The position numbers and the translations under genes were made by a program. Shown here one piece after another: positions 9,549-17,024 of a stretch of 38,532 bases of DNA (positions are counted from its first letter, which is position 1; each line of letters begins with the position of its first letter). Under the pieces are notes generated by a model that saw only the letters and a list, made by a program, of their open reading frames with translations, searched no databases and had not been told where the DNA came from. Location of the stretch: positions 1 through 38,532 of the forward strand of contig DASYFZ010000362.1 in assembly GCA_036000295.1 (NCBI GenBank), read 5' to 3'. The DNA comes from Solirubrobacteraceae bacterium. Its GTDB lineage: Bacteria > Actinomycetota > Thermoleophilia > Solirubrobacterales > Solirubrobacteraceae.

Positions 9549-9986
9549 TCACCTGCGCGCCCATTCCCCGAGCCCGGTGTGCTCCTTAGGAATGAGCGGC
9601 GTGCGCTCGCGAGCCTTGATCTCCTGTACGGCCCATGAGTTGCCGTCCGGGTCGCTGAAGCCGAAGAACGTGCCCCCGTCGGTCGGCGCCATCACCATCA
9701 GATCGCTGACCTCGACGCCGCGGTCGGCGAGCTCCTGACGCGCTGCGCCGGCGTCGGGGACCACCAGCTGAAGGCCCTTCATCGACCCGGGCGTCATCTC
9801 GTTCTGCGACGGCAGGTCCCCGAACACGATTGAGCAGCCTGAGCCGGGCGGAGTGAGCTGCACGACGTGCATGTGCTCGTTGCGGGTGTCGTGATCGAGC
9901 CGGAAGCCAACCTGGTCGCGGTAGAACGCGATCGATCGATCGATGTCGCTCACCGGCAGCACAACGACCTCGAGCGTCCACTCCAT
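9549..9986 (-). CDS. VOC/glyoxalase family protein
   Basis: MEWTLEVVVLPVSDIDRSIAFY...VQLTPPGSGCSI...FSDPDGNSWAVQE; GGAGG RBS; TGATG coupling to the upstream gene. Confidence 0.92.
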   Translation of the reverse strand: MEWTLEVVVLPVSDIDRSIAFYRDQVGFRLDHDTRNEHMHVVQLTPPGSGCSIVFGDLPSQNEMTPGSMKGLQLVVPDAGAARQELADRGVEVSDLMVMAPTDGGTFFGFSDPDGNSWAVQEIKARERTPLIPKEHTGLGEWARR

Positions 9987-10378
9987 CAAGCACCTCCGTT
10001 TCGGAATTGGAGTCGCGTGCCCAGCGTAACCATGGAAATGCCGACTCCGCCCATCAGCGGCTGAAGGAAGCTGCGCGGGCCGATGATCCGCACCTGCACG
10101 ATGATCCAGCCGGTGAGCACCGATCCGGCGATCATCGCCGCAGATCCGGCGTTCTCGCAACCGCGCCAAGCGATCACAGCCGAGGCGGCGCTGGTGCCTC
10201 CAACCCCGAATCCGAGAACCAGACTCGGGACTCGGTAGTCACGGAATGGCGAGCCGTCGAGCCACTCGCGAGGAAGATCGGGAGCGCCGCTTAGGCCATA
10301 GATCGCGCCCCCGGCTGCGCCGATCGCCGTGACCGCACCGAGGCACGCGATGGCCTTCTCGTATTGCCTGCGGGTCAA
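9986..10378 (-). CDS. Small integral membrane hypothetical protein (about 4 TM)
   Basis: Hydrophobic segments around WLDGSPFRDYRVPSLVL and GWIIVQV; overlaps both neighbours in an operon-like way. Confidence 0.75.
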   Translation of the reverse strand: MTRRQYEKAIACLGAVTAIGAAGGAIYGLSGAPDLPREWLDGSPFRDYRVPSLVLGFGVGGTSAASAVIAWRGCENAGSAAMIAGSVLTGWIIVQVRIIGPRSFLQPLMGGVGISMVTLGTRLQFRNGGA

Positions 10379-10782
10379 GTGCGCCGCTTCCGCACGTCGC
10401 GCGCCGCAACTATCGCGGCTCCGGTGGCCGTGAACGCTCCGAGAGCGGGAACCGCACGACGCGCAGCCCTTGGCGACAACAGCAGTTCAAAGAATGGGAT
10501 GGGATCGCCGACGCGCTCGCCGATGGGGCCTAGCGGGCAGTCGCCATGGTTGAGCGCCACGACCACGCCCTCACACGCCACCGCGGCGATCGCAGCGCTC
10601 AGCCACCTGCCTTTCCGACCGGTGATCGCTGCCGTCCAGATTGCTGCGATCGCGGCCAAGAAACCGGCCGTGATCAAGCCATGCGTCACACGCCAAAGCA
10701 CGATCGCCGGCGTTAGAGGTGTCTGTGGTCGATTCGAGCGATCTGCTCTCAAGCGCCCTTGATGGCGGGACTCAATGCGCAA
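10375..10782 (-). CDS. Membrane hypothetical protein (N.GDCPL motif); start uncertain
   Basis: Hydrophobic helices and EGVVVALNHGDCPLGP...FFELLL motif; stop overlaps the next gene's TTG. Confidence 0.65.
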   Translation of the reverse strand: MRIESRHQGRLRADRSNRPQTPLTPAIVLWRVTHGLITAGFLAAIAAIWTAAITGRKGRWLSAAIAAVACEGVVVALNHGDCPLGPIGERVGDPIPFFELLLSPRAARRAVPALGAFTATGAAIVAARDVRKRRT

Positions 10783-10797
10783 GCAAGACGGTCCGCT

Positions 10798-11619
10798 CTA
10801 GGCGCTCTCGCGTTCCAGCTCGACCGGGTCGTGCGCGCAGAACAGACGAACCTCGCCGACCTTCGTGCGAGCCAGCTCGCGCAGCCGTTGCTGGTTGGCG
10901 GCGCGCACCTTGTCGTCCTGCGCCATCAGCTTCTGGAAGATGGCCAGGCCCGGCGGGCAATGGGGAGGGGTCTCGACCTCGCCGCGATGGAAGTAGGCGT
11001 CGCCGCAATGCAACAGCCAGCCGTCTCCGTCACGCACGGCGATCGCGGTGTGGCCGCGCGTGTGACCGACCAGCGGAATCATCAGGATCATCGGGTCGAC
11101 GCCGGGCAGGACCCGGATGCTCTGAAAGCCGAACCACTCATCGCCGTCGACGTCGTGGACCTGCCACTTCGGAGCATGGGCGAAGTGGCCGCTTGGATAG
11201 CGCATCCGGTCGCGCAGGGTCGGATCGATCGCCGCCTGGTACTCGGGCTTGAAGGCGTGGACTTCGGCGTGCGGGAAGTCCGGGAGCCCGCCGGCGTGGT
11301 CGAGGTCGAGGTGGGTACACGCGATGTGGCGAACGTCTCCTGGGGCAAAGCCCAGCCGACGGACCTCTTCCAGCGCAGTCTGGGACGTGTCACGCTTCGG
11401 CCTGAACGCGGCTGTGAACGGGACGCCGAGGTTGCGGTACGGGCTGCGAAGATCGTCGACACCCATTCCGGTGTCGATCAGCACAAGGGCGTCAGTGGTC
11501 TCGACCAACAGGCAATGGCACACGATTCGTGCGCCGGTCCAGCCGCCCTCGCCGCTGACGATCTTGCCGCCGTATGGGCACAACGTCCCGCAGTTGAGGT
11601 GGTGGATCCTTGCCGCCAT
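10798..11619 (-). CDS. MBL-fold metallo-hydrolase
   Basis: IHHLNCGT start, LIDTG, THLDLDHAGG, GHTRGH, LHCGDAY and CAHD motifs. Confidence 0.93.
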   Translation of the reverse strand: MAARIHHLNCGTLCPYGGKIVSGEGGWTGARIVCHCLLVETTDALVLIDTGMGVDDLRSPYRNLGVPFTAAFRPKRDTSQTALEEVRRLGFAPGDVRHIACTHLDLDHAGGLPDFPHAEVHAFKPEYQAAIDPTLRDRMRYPSGHFAHAPKWQVHDVDGDEWFGFQSIRVLPGVDPMILMIPLVGHTRGHTAIAVRDGDGWLLHCGDAYFHRGEVETPPHCPPGLAIFQKLMAQDDKVRAANQQRLRELARTKVGEVRLFCAHDPVELERESA

Positions 11620-11643
11620 CGGCGCGATCCTTGCACAGATCCG

Positions 11644-11916
11644 TCACGCCGTTTGCACCAGCAGTACGCAAGGAAGCCGCGACCGCGATGGCAGGTCATC
11701 GGCCGTCGCCGCCGGGCGCATGGTGGCTTGCGCCCGGTCGGGCTTGAGGGCCATGCCGGGCATCAGCTGTGGGCTGTTGGAGGAGATCACACGTCCGTTC
11801 CCGCTCGTGATCGCCGCAACCGTGGGAAGCCGGGCCAGGCTAGGCACCGCGAGACGCTCGACTTCTGAAGCCAGGATGTCTGCTCCGGCGCCCGCCCTTG
11901 ACGTCGTCGTCGACGG
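11644..11916 (-). pseudogene. Possible 3' remnant of an actinobacterial Cache-domain gene
   Basis: The minus frame reads AGAGADILASEVERLAVPSLARLPTVAAITSGNGRVISSNS, which resembles C-terminal parts of Cache-domain proteins (from memory). The frame is closed upstream by TGA at 11917-11919, with no start before the similar part. Confidence 0.35.
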
Positions 11917-12014
11917 TCAGGTGCCGCCTCTCGTGACGATCGTTGGCGCATCCCGGCGGCAGAGTCAACCTGCGACTACCGCGTCTTGGTAGCTTGAAGC
12001 GCGTGGCGCGGCAC

Positions 12015-12395
12015 GTGGACGACGCGGCGGAGCTGACGGTGGCCGATGTGGTGCACAAGCACTTCAACGTGCTCGCTGCCGGCGCGACCGTGGCGGATGT
12101 CAGGGCGTGGTTCGCCGCCAGCCCGCACCGGCGGATGGCGCTGCTCGCTGAGGAGGGACGTTACGCGGGCTCGCTCACGCTCAATGATCTCGATGGCGTG
12201 GCGGATCCGCAGGCGCCGGCCGCGGGGTATGCGCACGATGGCCCCACGGTGTCGCCCGACGCGCCCGCGCAACTCGGGTACTCGACCGCAACGAGCACCG
12301 ACGCGCGACGCGTTCCGGTCGTCGACGCCGACGGCACGCTGCTCGGGATCGTCGCCATCACGGCTGACATGGCCGGATTCTGCGGCGCGGCCTAG
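12015..12395 (+). CDS. CBS domain protein
   Basis: LTVADVVH...ATVADV and TVSPDAP...RRVPVVDADGTLLGIV form a CBS pair; GTG 12015 preferred over TTG 11943. Confidence 0.8.
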   Translation: MDDAAELTVADVVHKHFNVLAAGATVADVRAWFAASPHRRMALLAEEGRYAGSLTLNDLDGVADPQAPAAGYAHDGPTVSPDAPAQLGYSTATSTDARRVPVVDADGTLLGIVAITADMAGFCGAA

Positions 12396-12405
12396 CAGCG
12401 CGACG

Positions 12406-13656
12406 TCAAGGCAGGAGACCGGCGAGGTCGTCGTGGCCGTTGGAGCGTGCCCATCCGAGCGCGTTGCCGCCGTGAAGTTTGTCTTGGATGAGCGGATCCG
12501 CTCCGAGCTCGAGCAGCGCCGCGACCGCCTCCCGCTGTCCTGATTGCGCCGCGAGGTGGATCGCGGTGACGCCTTCGCCGTGGCCGGGACCCCCGAACGT
12601 GCCGCGCTGATCCACATCTGCGCCGAGCCCTACGAGCGTCCGGATCGAGTCAACGCGGCCGTTTGCCGCCGCCCAGGTGAGCGCAGTCCCGCGGTACGGA
12701 TCGGCGTCGATGCGAGCGCCGAGCTCGACCAGCACCGGTAATGCCTGCACACGATCGGACTTGGCGGCCCAGACGAGCGCCTCGTCGAGCACTTCCTGGG
12801 GATCGTCTGAGGGCTGCCAGGCTGGGAAGCCGCCGTGAGGTCGATAGAAGCCGCGGTATGCGCCGGCCTGCGGCGTGCCGACGAGATCCCGGATCAGCTC
12901 GAGGTCGCCAAGCCCGGCGGCAACCCGCAGATTCGCCGGTTCGCGGCCGAGAAGCGGTGCGACTTCGCGATGGCCCCAGAACAGCGCCGCGATCAGCGGC
13001 GTGCCGCCTTCGCCGCGGGCAAACAGGTCGGTGCGCGCGCCGGCGTCGAGCATCAGCTCGGCAAGCTCGCGGTCGTTGCCGTAGCCGGCCTGGTGCAGCT
13101 TCGTCCACCCGTAGTCGTTGCCGCGGTTGGGGTCCGCGCCTCGCTCGAGCAGCAGCGACACGATCGCCGGATCTCCGGCCATCCCAAGGAGATCGTTGCC
13201 ATTTGTCCCGCGCTGCGCGACGAGATCGGGGAACCGGTCGAGGAGCCCGACCAGGGTGTCGCGGTCGTTGTCCTCGCTCGCCCGATAGGCGAGCACGAAC
13301 GGCGTCGGCGGTTCATCGCCGCTGCTCATCGCCTCGACGTGGCGGCGCAGCTCGCGCCAGCTCGAGAACCCGTGACGCGCCGCGAGGTCGCGTCGCGCGT
13401 CCGCGGCGCTCACTCCGTTCACCGTGGCGATTCCGTGGGCGCGCCCCTCGTAGTAGTCGAGGTCCGTGCGAAACGGCTGCTCGAGCCCGAGGCGCTCGAC
13501 GTACGCCTTCAGCTTCGGCCAGCTTTGGAAGCCGAGCTCGCGAGCGAGCTCGAACTGCACCTCGGCCAGCTTGACGTCCTGGCCCTCGGCACGCCGATCG
13601 CGCACGCGCTCCTTGGCCTGCTTGCGCAGCTGCTCAAGGCTGAGCTGAAAAGTCAC
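12406..13656 (-). CDS. Ankyrin-repeat protein with a duplicated N-terminal LAxxxGFxSW module
   Basis: Ankyrin repeats (LLERGADPN, GWTKLHQAG, GTPLIAA, GTALTWAA, GVTAIHLAA); N-terminal SLEQLRKQAK; SD GGAAGGGAG before the GTG. Confidence 0.92.
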   Translation of the reverse strand: MTFQLSLEQLRKQAKERVRDRRAEGQDVKLAEVQFELARELGFQSWPKLKAYVERLGLEQPFRTDLDYYEGRAHGIATVNGVSAADARRDLAARHGFSSWRELRRHVEAMSSGDEPPTPFVLAYRASEDNDRDTLVGLLDRFPDLVAQRGTNGNDLLGMAGDPAIVSLLLERGADPNRGNDYGWTKLHQAGYGNDRELAELMLDAGARTDLFARGEGGTPLIAALFWGHREVAPLLGREPANLRVAAGLGDLELIRDLVGTPQAGAYRGFYRPHGGFPAWQPSDDPQEVLDEALVWAAKSDRVQALPVLVELGARIDADPYRGTALTWAAANGRVDSIRTLVGLGADVDQRGTFGGPGHGEGVTAIHLAAQSGQREAVAALLELGADPLIQDKLHGGNALGWARSNGHDDLAGLLP

Positions 13657-13788
13657 TGTTGCTCCCTTCCGTCGCGCCGGGCGCCCGCCTGGTCCGGCTG
13701 GAGAGGAAGCTTGGTCAACGTGCTCGAGACGAGAGGGTGGGCTCGGCCCTTTCCGGCGGACTGGGTGCGGCCCTCGCCGCGCGCGGAA
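13657..13788 (-). ncRNA. Putative structured cis-regulatory leader RNA of the ankyrin gene (unnamed)
   Basis: Nested complementary segments GGCG/CGCC, CCGC/GCGG, GTCCG/CGGAC and GGAAAGG/CCTCTCC, plus a GGGC-CGA-GCCC hairpin. An alternative pairing of GCTTCCTCTCC with the SD GGAAGGGAGC is also possible. Confidence 0.6.
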
Positions 13789-13793
13789 GTCTA
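13788..13793 (-). promoter_or_regulatory. Putative housekeeping-sigma -10 element (TAGACT) for the leader-ankyrin transcript
   Basis: TANNNT hexamer at the 5' edge of the structured leader. Confidence 0.45.
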
Positions 13794-13818
13794 ATCGGCG
13801 ACAGGATCGTCTTAGGCC

Positions 13819-14022
13819 TCAGGCGCTTCGGACCGGCGGCCGGCCACGACGCGGGATCGCCTTGGCCTGCTTGGGCATCCGGCCCGCGTCGTCCAGGGCT
13901 CTCCGAAGGAGGATCTCAATCTGGGCATTGAGGCTGCGCAGCTCGTCGGCGGCCCACCGAGACAGCGCGTCGTGGACGGCGGGGTCGAGGCGCAGCGGGA
14001 CCTGCTTGCGCTCGCTGCTCAC
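13819..14022 (-). CDS. Ribbon-helix-helix (Arc-like) DNA-binding protein
   Basis: ERKQVPLRLDPAVHDALSRWAADELRSLNAQIEILLRRAL; GTGA overlap with the SPFH stop; a typical SPFH partner gene. Confidence 0.9.
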   Translation of the reverse strand: MSSERKQVPLRLDPAVHDALSRWAADELRSLNAQIEILLRRALDDAGRMPKQAKAIPRRGRPPVRSA

Positions 14023-14927
14023 GTATAGAGCGATCCGGTGTTGACGACGGGGGTTGGCGGCTGGTCGCCGCACAGCACCACCATCAGGTTGCTGACCATC
14101 GCCGCTTTGCGCTCCTCGTCGAGCTCGACGATTCCACGCTCATCGAGCCGGGACAGCGCCATGTCGACCATCCCCACGGCGCCGTCGACGATCCGGGAGC
14201 GGGCCGCCACCACGGCGTTGGCCTGCTGGCGGCGGAGCATCGCCTGTGCGATCTCCGACGCGTATGCGAGATGGCTGATCCGCACCTCGATGATCTGCAC
14301 CCCGGCGATCACGATCCGCTCAGCCATCTGCTGCGCGAGCTCCCCGGCGACGACGTCGGTCGATCCGCGCAACGACGTGCCCTCCCCGTCGGCCTCGTCG
14401 TACGGATGTGTGGTCGCGACGTGGCGCAGCGCCGACTCGGCCTGCACGTGGACAAAGTCCACGAAGTCGTCCACGGCGTAGACCGCCTGCGCGGTGTCCG
14501 CCACCTGCCAGACGACGATCGCGGCGATCTCCACCGGATTGCCCTCTGCATCGTTGACCTTCAGCCGATTGGTCTCGAAGTTGCGGACGCGGATGCTCAG
14601 GCTGCGACGATCGGCCAGCGGCACGGTCCACCACAGTCCCGCTCGGCGGATGGTCCCAACGTAGGTGCCGAAGAACCGCACGACCTTTGTCTGGCCGGGC
14701 TGCACGATCATCAGCGAGCTCGCCACGAGCACGCCGACGACGATCGGCGCAGCGAGCCAGCCCGTCCCCGCGAGCGCGAAGCAGGCGGCGATGCAGCCGG
14801 CGACGACGAGTACGCCGGCCCAGCCGGTGATCGCCCAGGCAGGCCGCTCGTGGATCTCGACACCGGTTCCGGCGTGACTGACTGGTGCCGCCGTTGGCTG
14901 CCGGTGGGGCCCGACGTGTGTACTCAT
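14019..14927 (-). CDS. SPFH/band 7 domain membrane protein
   Basis: Two N-terminal TM helices; [56 protein letters not shown]; GGAGG RBS before ATG 14927. Confidence 0.93.
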   Translation of the reverse strand: MSTHVGPHRQPTAAPVSHAGTGVEIHERPAWAITGWAGVLVVAGCIAACFALAGTGWLAAPIVVGVLVASSLMIVQPGQTKVVRFFGTYVGTIRRAGLWWTVPLADRRSLSIRVRNFETNRLKVNDAEGNPVEIAAIVVWQVADTAQAVYAVDDFVDFVHVQAESALRHVATTHPYDEADGEGTSLRGSTDVVAGELAQQMAERIVIAGVQIIEVRISHLAYASEIAQAMLRRQQANAVVAARSRIVDGAVGMVDMALSRLDERGIVELDEERKAAMVSNLMVVLCGDQPPTPVVNTGSLYT

Positions 14928-14954
14928 GATGCCTCCAATTGAAAACGTGCCCCG

Positions 14955-14987
14955 CGAAAAGTGATTTCTATTAGATATCACTTTTCG
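14955..14987. promoter_or_regulatory. 33-bp near-perfect AT-rich palindrome; probable operator of the SPFH-RHH operon
   Basis: CGAAAAGTGATTTCTA-T-TAGATATCACTTTTCG has one arm mismatch and lies about 28 bp upstream of the SPFH start. Confidence 0.7.
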
Positions 14988-15940
14988 TGCAGGTGCGCAA
15001 GCCGTCCGGCGGTGAGCAGCGCTCGTAGGTCGGCGAGGACGGCCTCGGGCTCGTTCTGGAGGCGATGCTGGGTGACGCGGAGGACTATGTAGCCGGCGAC
15101 TTGTAGCTTGGCGTCTCGTCGGCGGTCTTTCTCGAACTGCGCGCGGGACTTGTGAAACGCGAACCCGTCGAGCTCGACGATCACGCGCTCGCCGCGCCAC
15201 AGCGCGTCGACGCGCTCCCCCTCGACGAGTACGTTGGCCTCGTAGGCGGGCAGGTCCGACGCGCGGACCAGCTCGTGGAAGGTCTCCTCGAGTTTTGATT
15301 GCAGCCACGGAGCCGGGCCGGTGATCTCGGCGATGGCTCGTCGGAGAGTCTTTGCGCCCTTGCGGTTCGGCGTTCGCCCGAGCAGTTCGTCGAGCTCCCG
15401 GCCGATGTAGATCCGGCGCCGCTCGAGGGCCTCGAGGACAGAGCGGACCTGGCGCTGGGTGGCGGTGGAGGCGAAGTCGACGACTGTCCACGCGAGCGAG
15501 GTCACAGGAATCCCGTCGACCTCGGTGGCATCGTGATCGGCGAGCACGCGAGTGCAACGGACCAGTACGCCATCGGGTCCCGGCTTGCCCGGTCCGCGAA
15601 CGGTCACCTCGATCGCGCCGCTTTCTTTCTGTTGCACGTCCCATAGCGCGAGCGCGGCGCGGTGGCTCAGGAACGCCTCTGGCCCACAAGCCAGCACGGC
15701 GGCCATCCATCGGCCTTTGAGAGTGAGCTTGCCGTGGCCGACGGCGTACACGCCCCGGTGGATGCGGTGCAGCCGGCCGGCAGCGACACGCGTCTTGACC
15801 ATCATCGGACTGAACCCAAGCGCCAGCAGCTGACGGCGAGCCACCACGCCGTGCTGCCGTGCGGCCAACACCGCCACCCGTCGATCGGGCTCCCGATCGA
15901 CGGTGTCTATATGACCCCTTAGATCGGGAGGCTGATCCAT
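14978..15940 (-). CDS. AbiEi-antitoxin-like N-terminal domain + DUF559 (Vsr-like endonuclease) protein
   Basis: LAARQHGVVARRQL...LHRIHRGVYAVGH, LSHRAALALW, DGIPVTS, VDALW...VIVELDGFAFH...DRRRDAKLQ. Confidence 0.9.
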   Translation of the reverse strand: MDQPPDLRGHIDTVDREPDRRVAVLAARQHGVVARRQLLALGFSPMMVKTRVAAGRLHRIHRGVYAVGHGKLTLKGRWMAAVLACGPEAFLSHRAALALWDVQQKESGAIEVTVRGPGKPGPDGVLVRCTRVLADHDATEVDGIPVTSLAWTVVDFASTATQRQVRSVLEALERRRIYIGRELDELLGRTPNRKGAKTLRRAIAEITGPAPWLQSKLEETFHELVRASDLPAYEANVLVEGERVDALWRGERVIVELDGFAFHKSRAQFEKDRRRDAKLQVAGYIVLRVTQHRLQNEPEAVLADLRALLTAGRLAHLHEK

Positions 15941-15961
15941 GGGACCCAGCGTTCCAGGACT

Positions 15962-16061
15962 CGCGTGACACGTGGGTCACGCGCTGCTTCAACTCAGCGC
16001 AAAACCTGTGACGAGAGCGCTACGTGTTGAGAGGTAGCGCCGGCGTTTCGTCGAGGCGCCG
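15962..16061. repeat. Cluster of three short inverted repeats
   Basis: CGCGTGAC/GTCACGCG (15962-15983), GCGCTAC/GTAGCGC (16017-16040) and CGGCG...CGCCG (16041-16061). Confidence 0.5.
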
Positions 16062-16077
16062 ATCACGGACCGCTCTG

Positions 16078-16083
16078 TAAGAT
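16078..16083 (+). promoter_or_regulatory. Putative -10 element (TAAGAT) for the fluoride riboswitch transcript
   Basis: TANNNT hexamer 6-7 nt upstream of the aptamer's first stem. Confidence 0.5.
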
Positions 16084-16088
16084 CGAAG

Positions 16089-16137
16089 CAGGCGATGAAG
16101 CCCGCCTGAAACCGCCGCCACGGCTGATGGCTTCTAC
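16089..16137 (+). ncRNA. Fluoride riboswitch (crcB motif)
   Basis: GGCGATGAAGCCCGCC...AAACCGCC...GCTGATGGCTTCTAC matches the consensus: P1 CAGGCG/CGCCTG, pseudoknot GAAGCC/GGCTTC, stem GCCG/CGGC. It lies directly upstream of crcB genes. Confidence 0.95.
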
Positions 16138-16263
16138 CGAACAGAACGGTGGAAGCAGATGCTCTTTGGAGCGCGTAGGACGGCGGTGATGGCCTATACC
16201 CTGCGGGCATCATCTCGCCGCAACACACTTTCGCGCCAAGTACGGGATCGGCCGGCCGCTAGC

Positions 16264-16662
16264 GTGCCGGGCCGAGACGTGCGCGAACTGGCCGCGATCT
16301 TCGCGGGCGGCACGATCGGAGCGCTGGCACGGGTCGGACTGCTCCAGGTCGGTCTCGCGAGCGCGCCCTCGTGGCCGTGGGCGACATTCGCGGTCAACAT
16401 CCTGGGGGCATTTCTGCTGGGTTATTTCACGACCCGTCTGCAGGAGCGCCTGCCGCTTTCCGCCTACCGACGACCCTTGCTCGGGACCGGCTTCTGCGGG
16501 GCGCTGACTACTTTCTCAACGGTTCAGGTGGAGATCCTCAAGATGCTCGACGTGCACCGCTATGCGCTCGCCGTCGGCTACGCGACAGCAAGCGCCGTCC
16601 TCGGATACGCCAGCGTCCAGCTCGCAACCGCGTTCGCGCGACGAGTCAGGACAGTTGCGTGA
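16264..16662 (+). CDS. crcB: Fluoride efflux channel FluC/CrcB, subunit 1 (alternative in-frame start ATG 16159)
   Basis: GGTIGALAR, WPWATFAVNILGAFLLG and GTGFCGALTTFST motifs. Confidence 0.93.
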   Translation: MPGRDVRELAAIFAGGTIGALARVGLLQVGLASAPSWPWATFAVNILGAFLLGYFTTRLQERLPLSAYRRPLLGTGFCGALTTFSTVQVEILKMLDVHRYALAVGYATASAVLGYASVQLATAFARRVRTVA

Positions 16663-17024
16663 GCCCGCTCGAATGGGTGGCCGTGGGCGCAATCGGGGGC
16701 GCCAGCGCGCTGGCGCGGTTCTTCGTGGACGGGATCGTCGCCAGTCGCGTGCCATCCGACTTCCCTGCCGGCACGCTGGCCGTCAATGCCTCGGGGGCGT
16801 TCCTGCTCGGCCTCTTGACCGGTCTGGCCCTGAACGGCGAAAGCCTGCTGCTGGCGGGTACCGCCTCGATCGGCTCTTACACGACGTTTTCGACGTGGAT
16901 GCTCGAGAGCCAGCGGCTGACCGAATCCGGTGACCAGGTCAACGCCGGCGCCAACCTGATCGTGAGCCTCGGCGCAGGTCTGGCTGCGGCGGCGCTGGGT
17001 CGTCTGATCGGATCGCATCTGTGA
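16659..17024 (+). CDS. crcB: Fluoride efflux channel FluC/CrcB, subunit 2
   Basis: GGASALARF, FPAGTLAVNASGAFLLG and GSYTTFSTW; GTGA overlaps at both ends. Confidence 0.92.
   Translation: MSPLEWVAVGAIGGASALARFFVDGIVASRVPSDFPAGTLAVNASGAFLLGLLTGLALNGESLLLAGTASIGSYTTFSTWMLESQRLTESGDQVNAGANLIVSLGAGLAAAALGRLIGSHL

Noticed and set aside
13819-14022. RHH gene as the antitoxin of a toxin-antitoxin pair
   Set aside because: No toxin is adjacent, and it is coupled to SPFH, consistent with a simple operon regulator.
14928-15992. Apparent 657-aa SPFH protein with a long N-terminal extension
   Set aside because: The extension is an Arg/Pro-rich off-frame reading of the DUF559 gene. SPFH has its own GGAGG and ATG at 14927.
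16182-16221. GGCGGTGATGGCCTATACC... as a second, tandem fluoride aptamer
   Set aside because: Only the GGTGATGG opening resembles the motif. The GCTGATG...CTAC 3' segment and the pseudoknot complement are missing.
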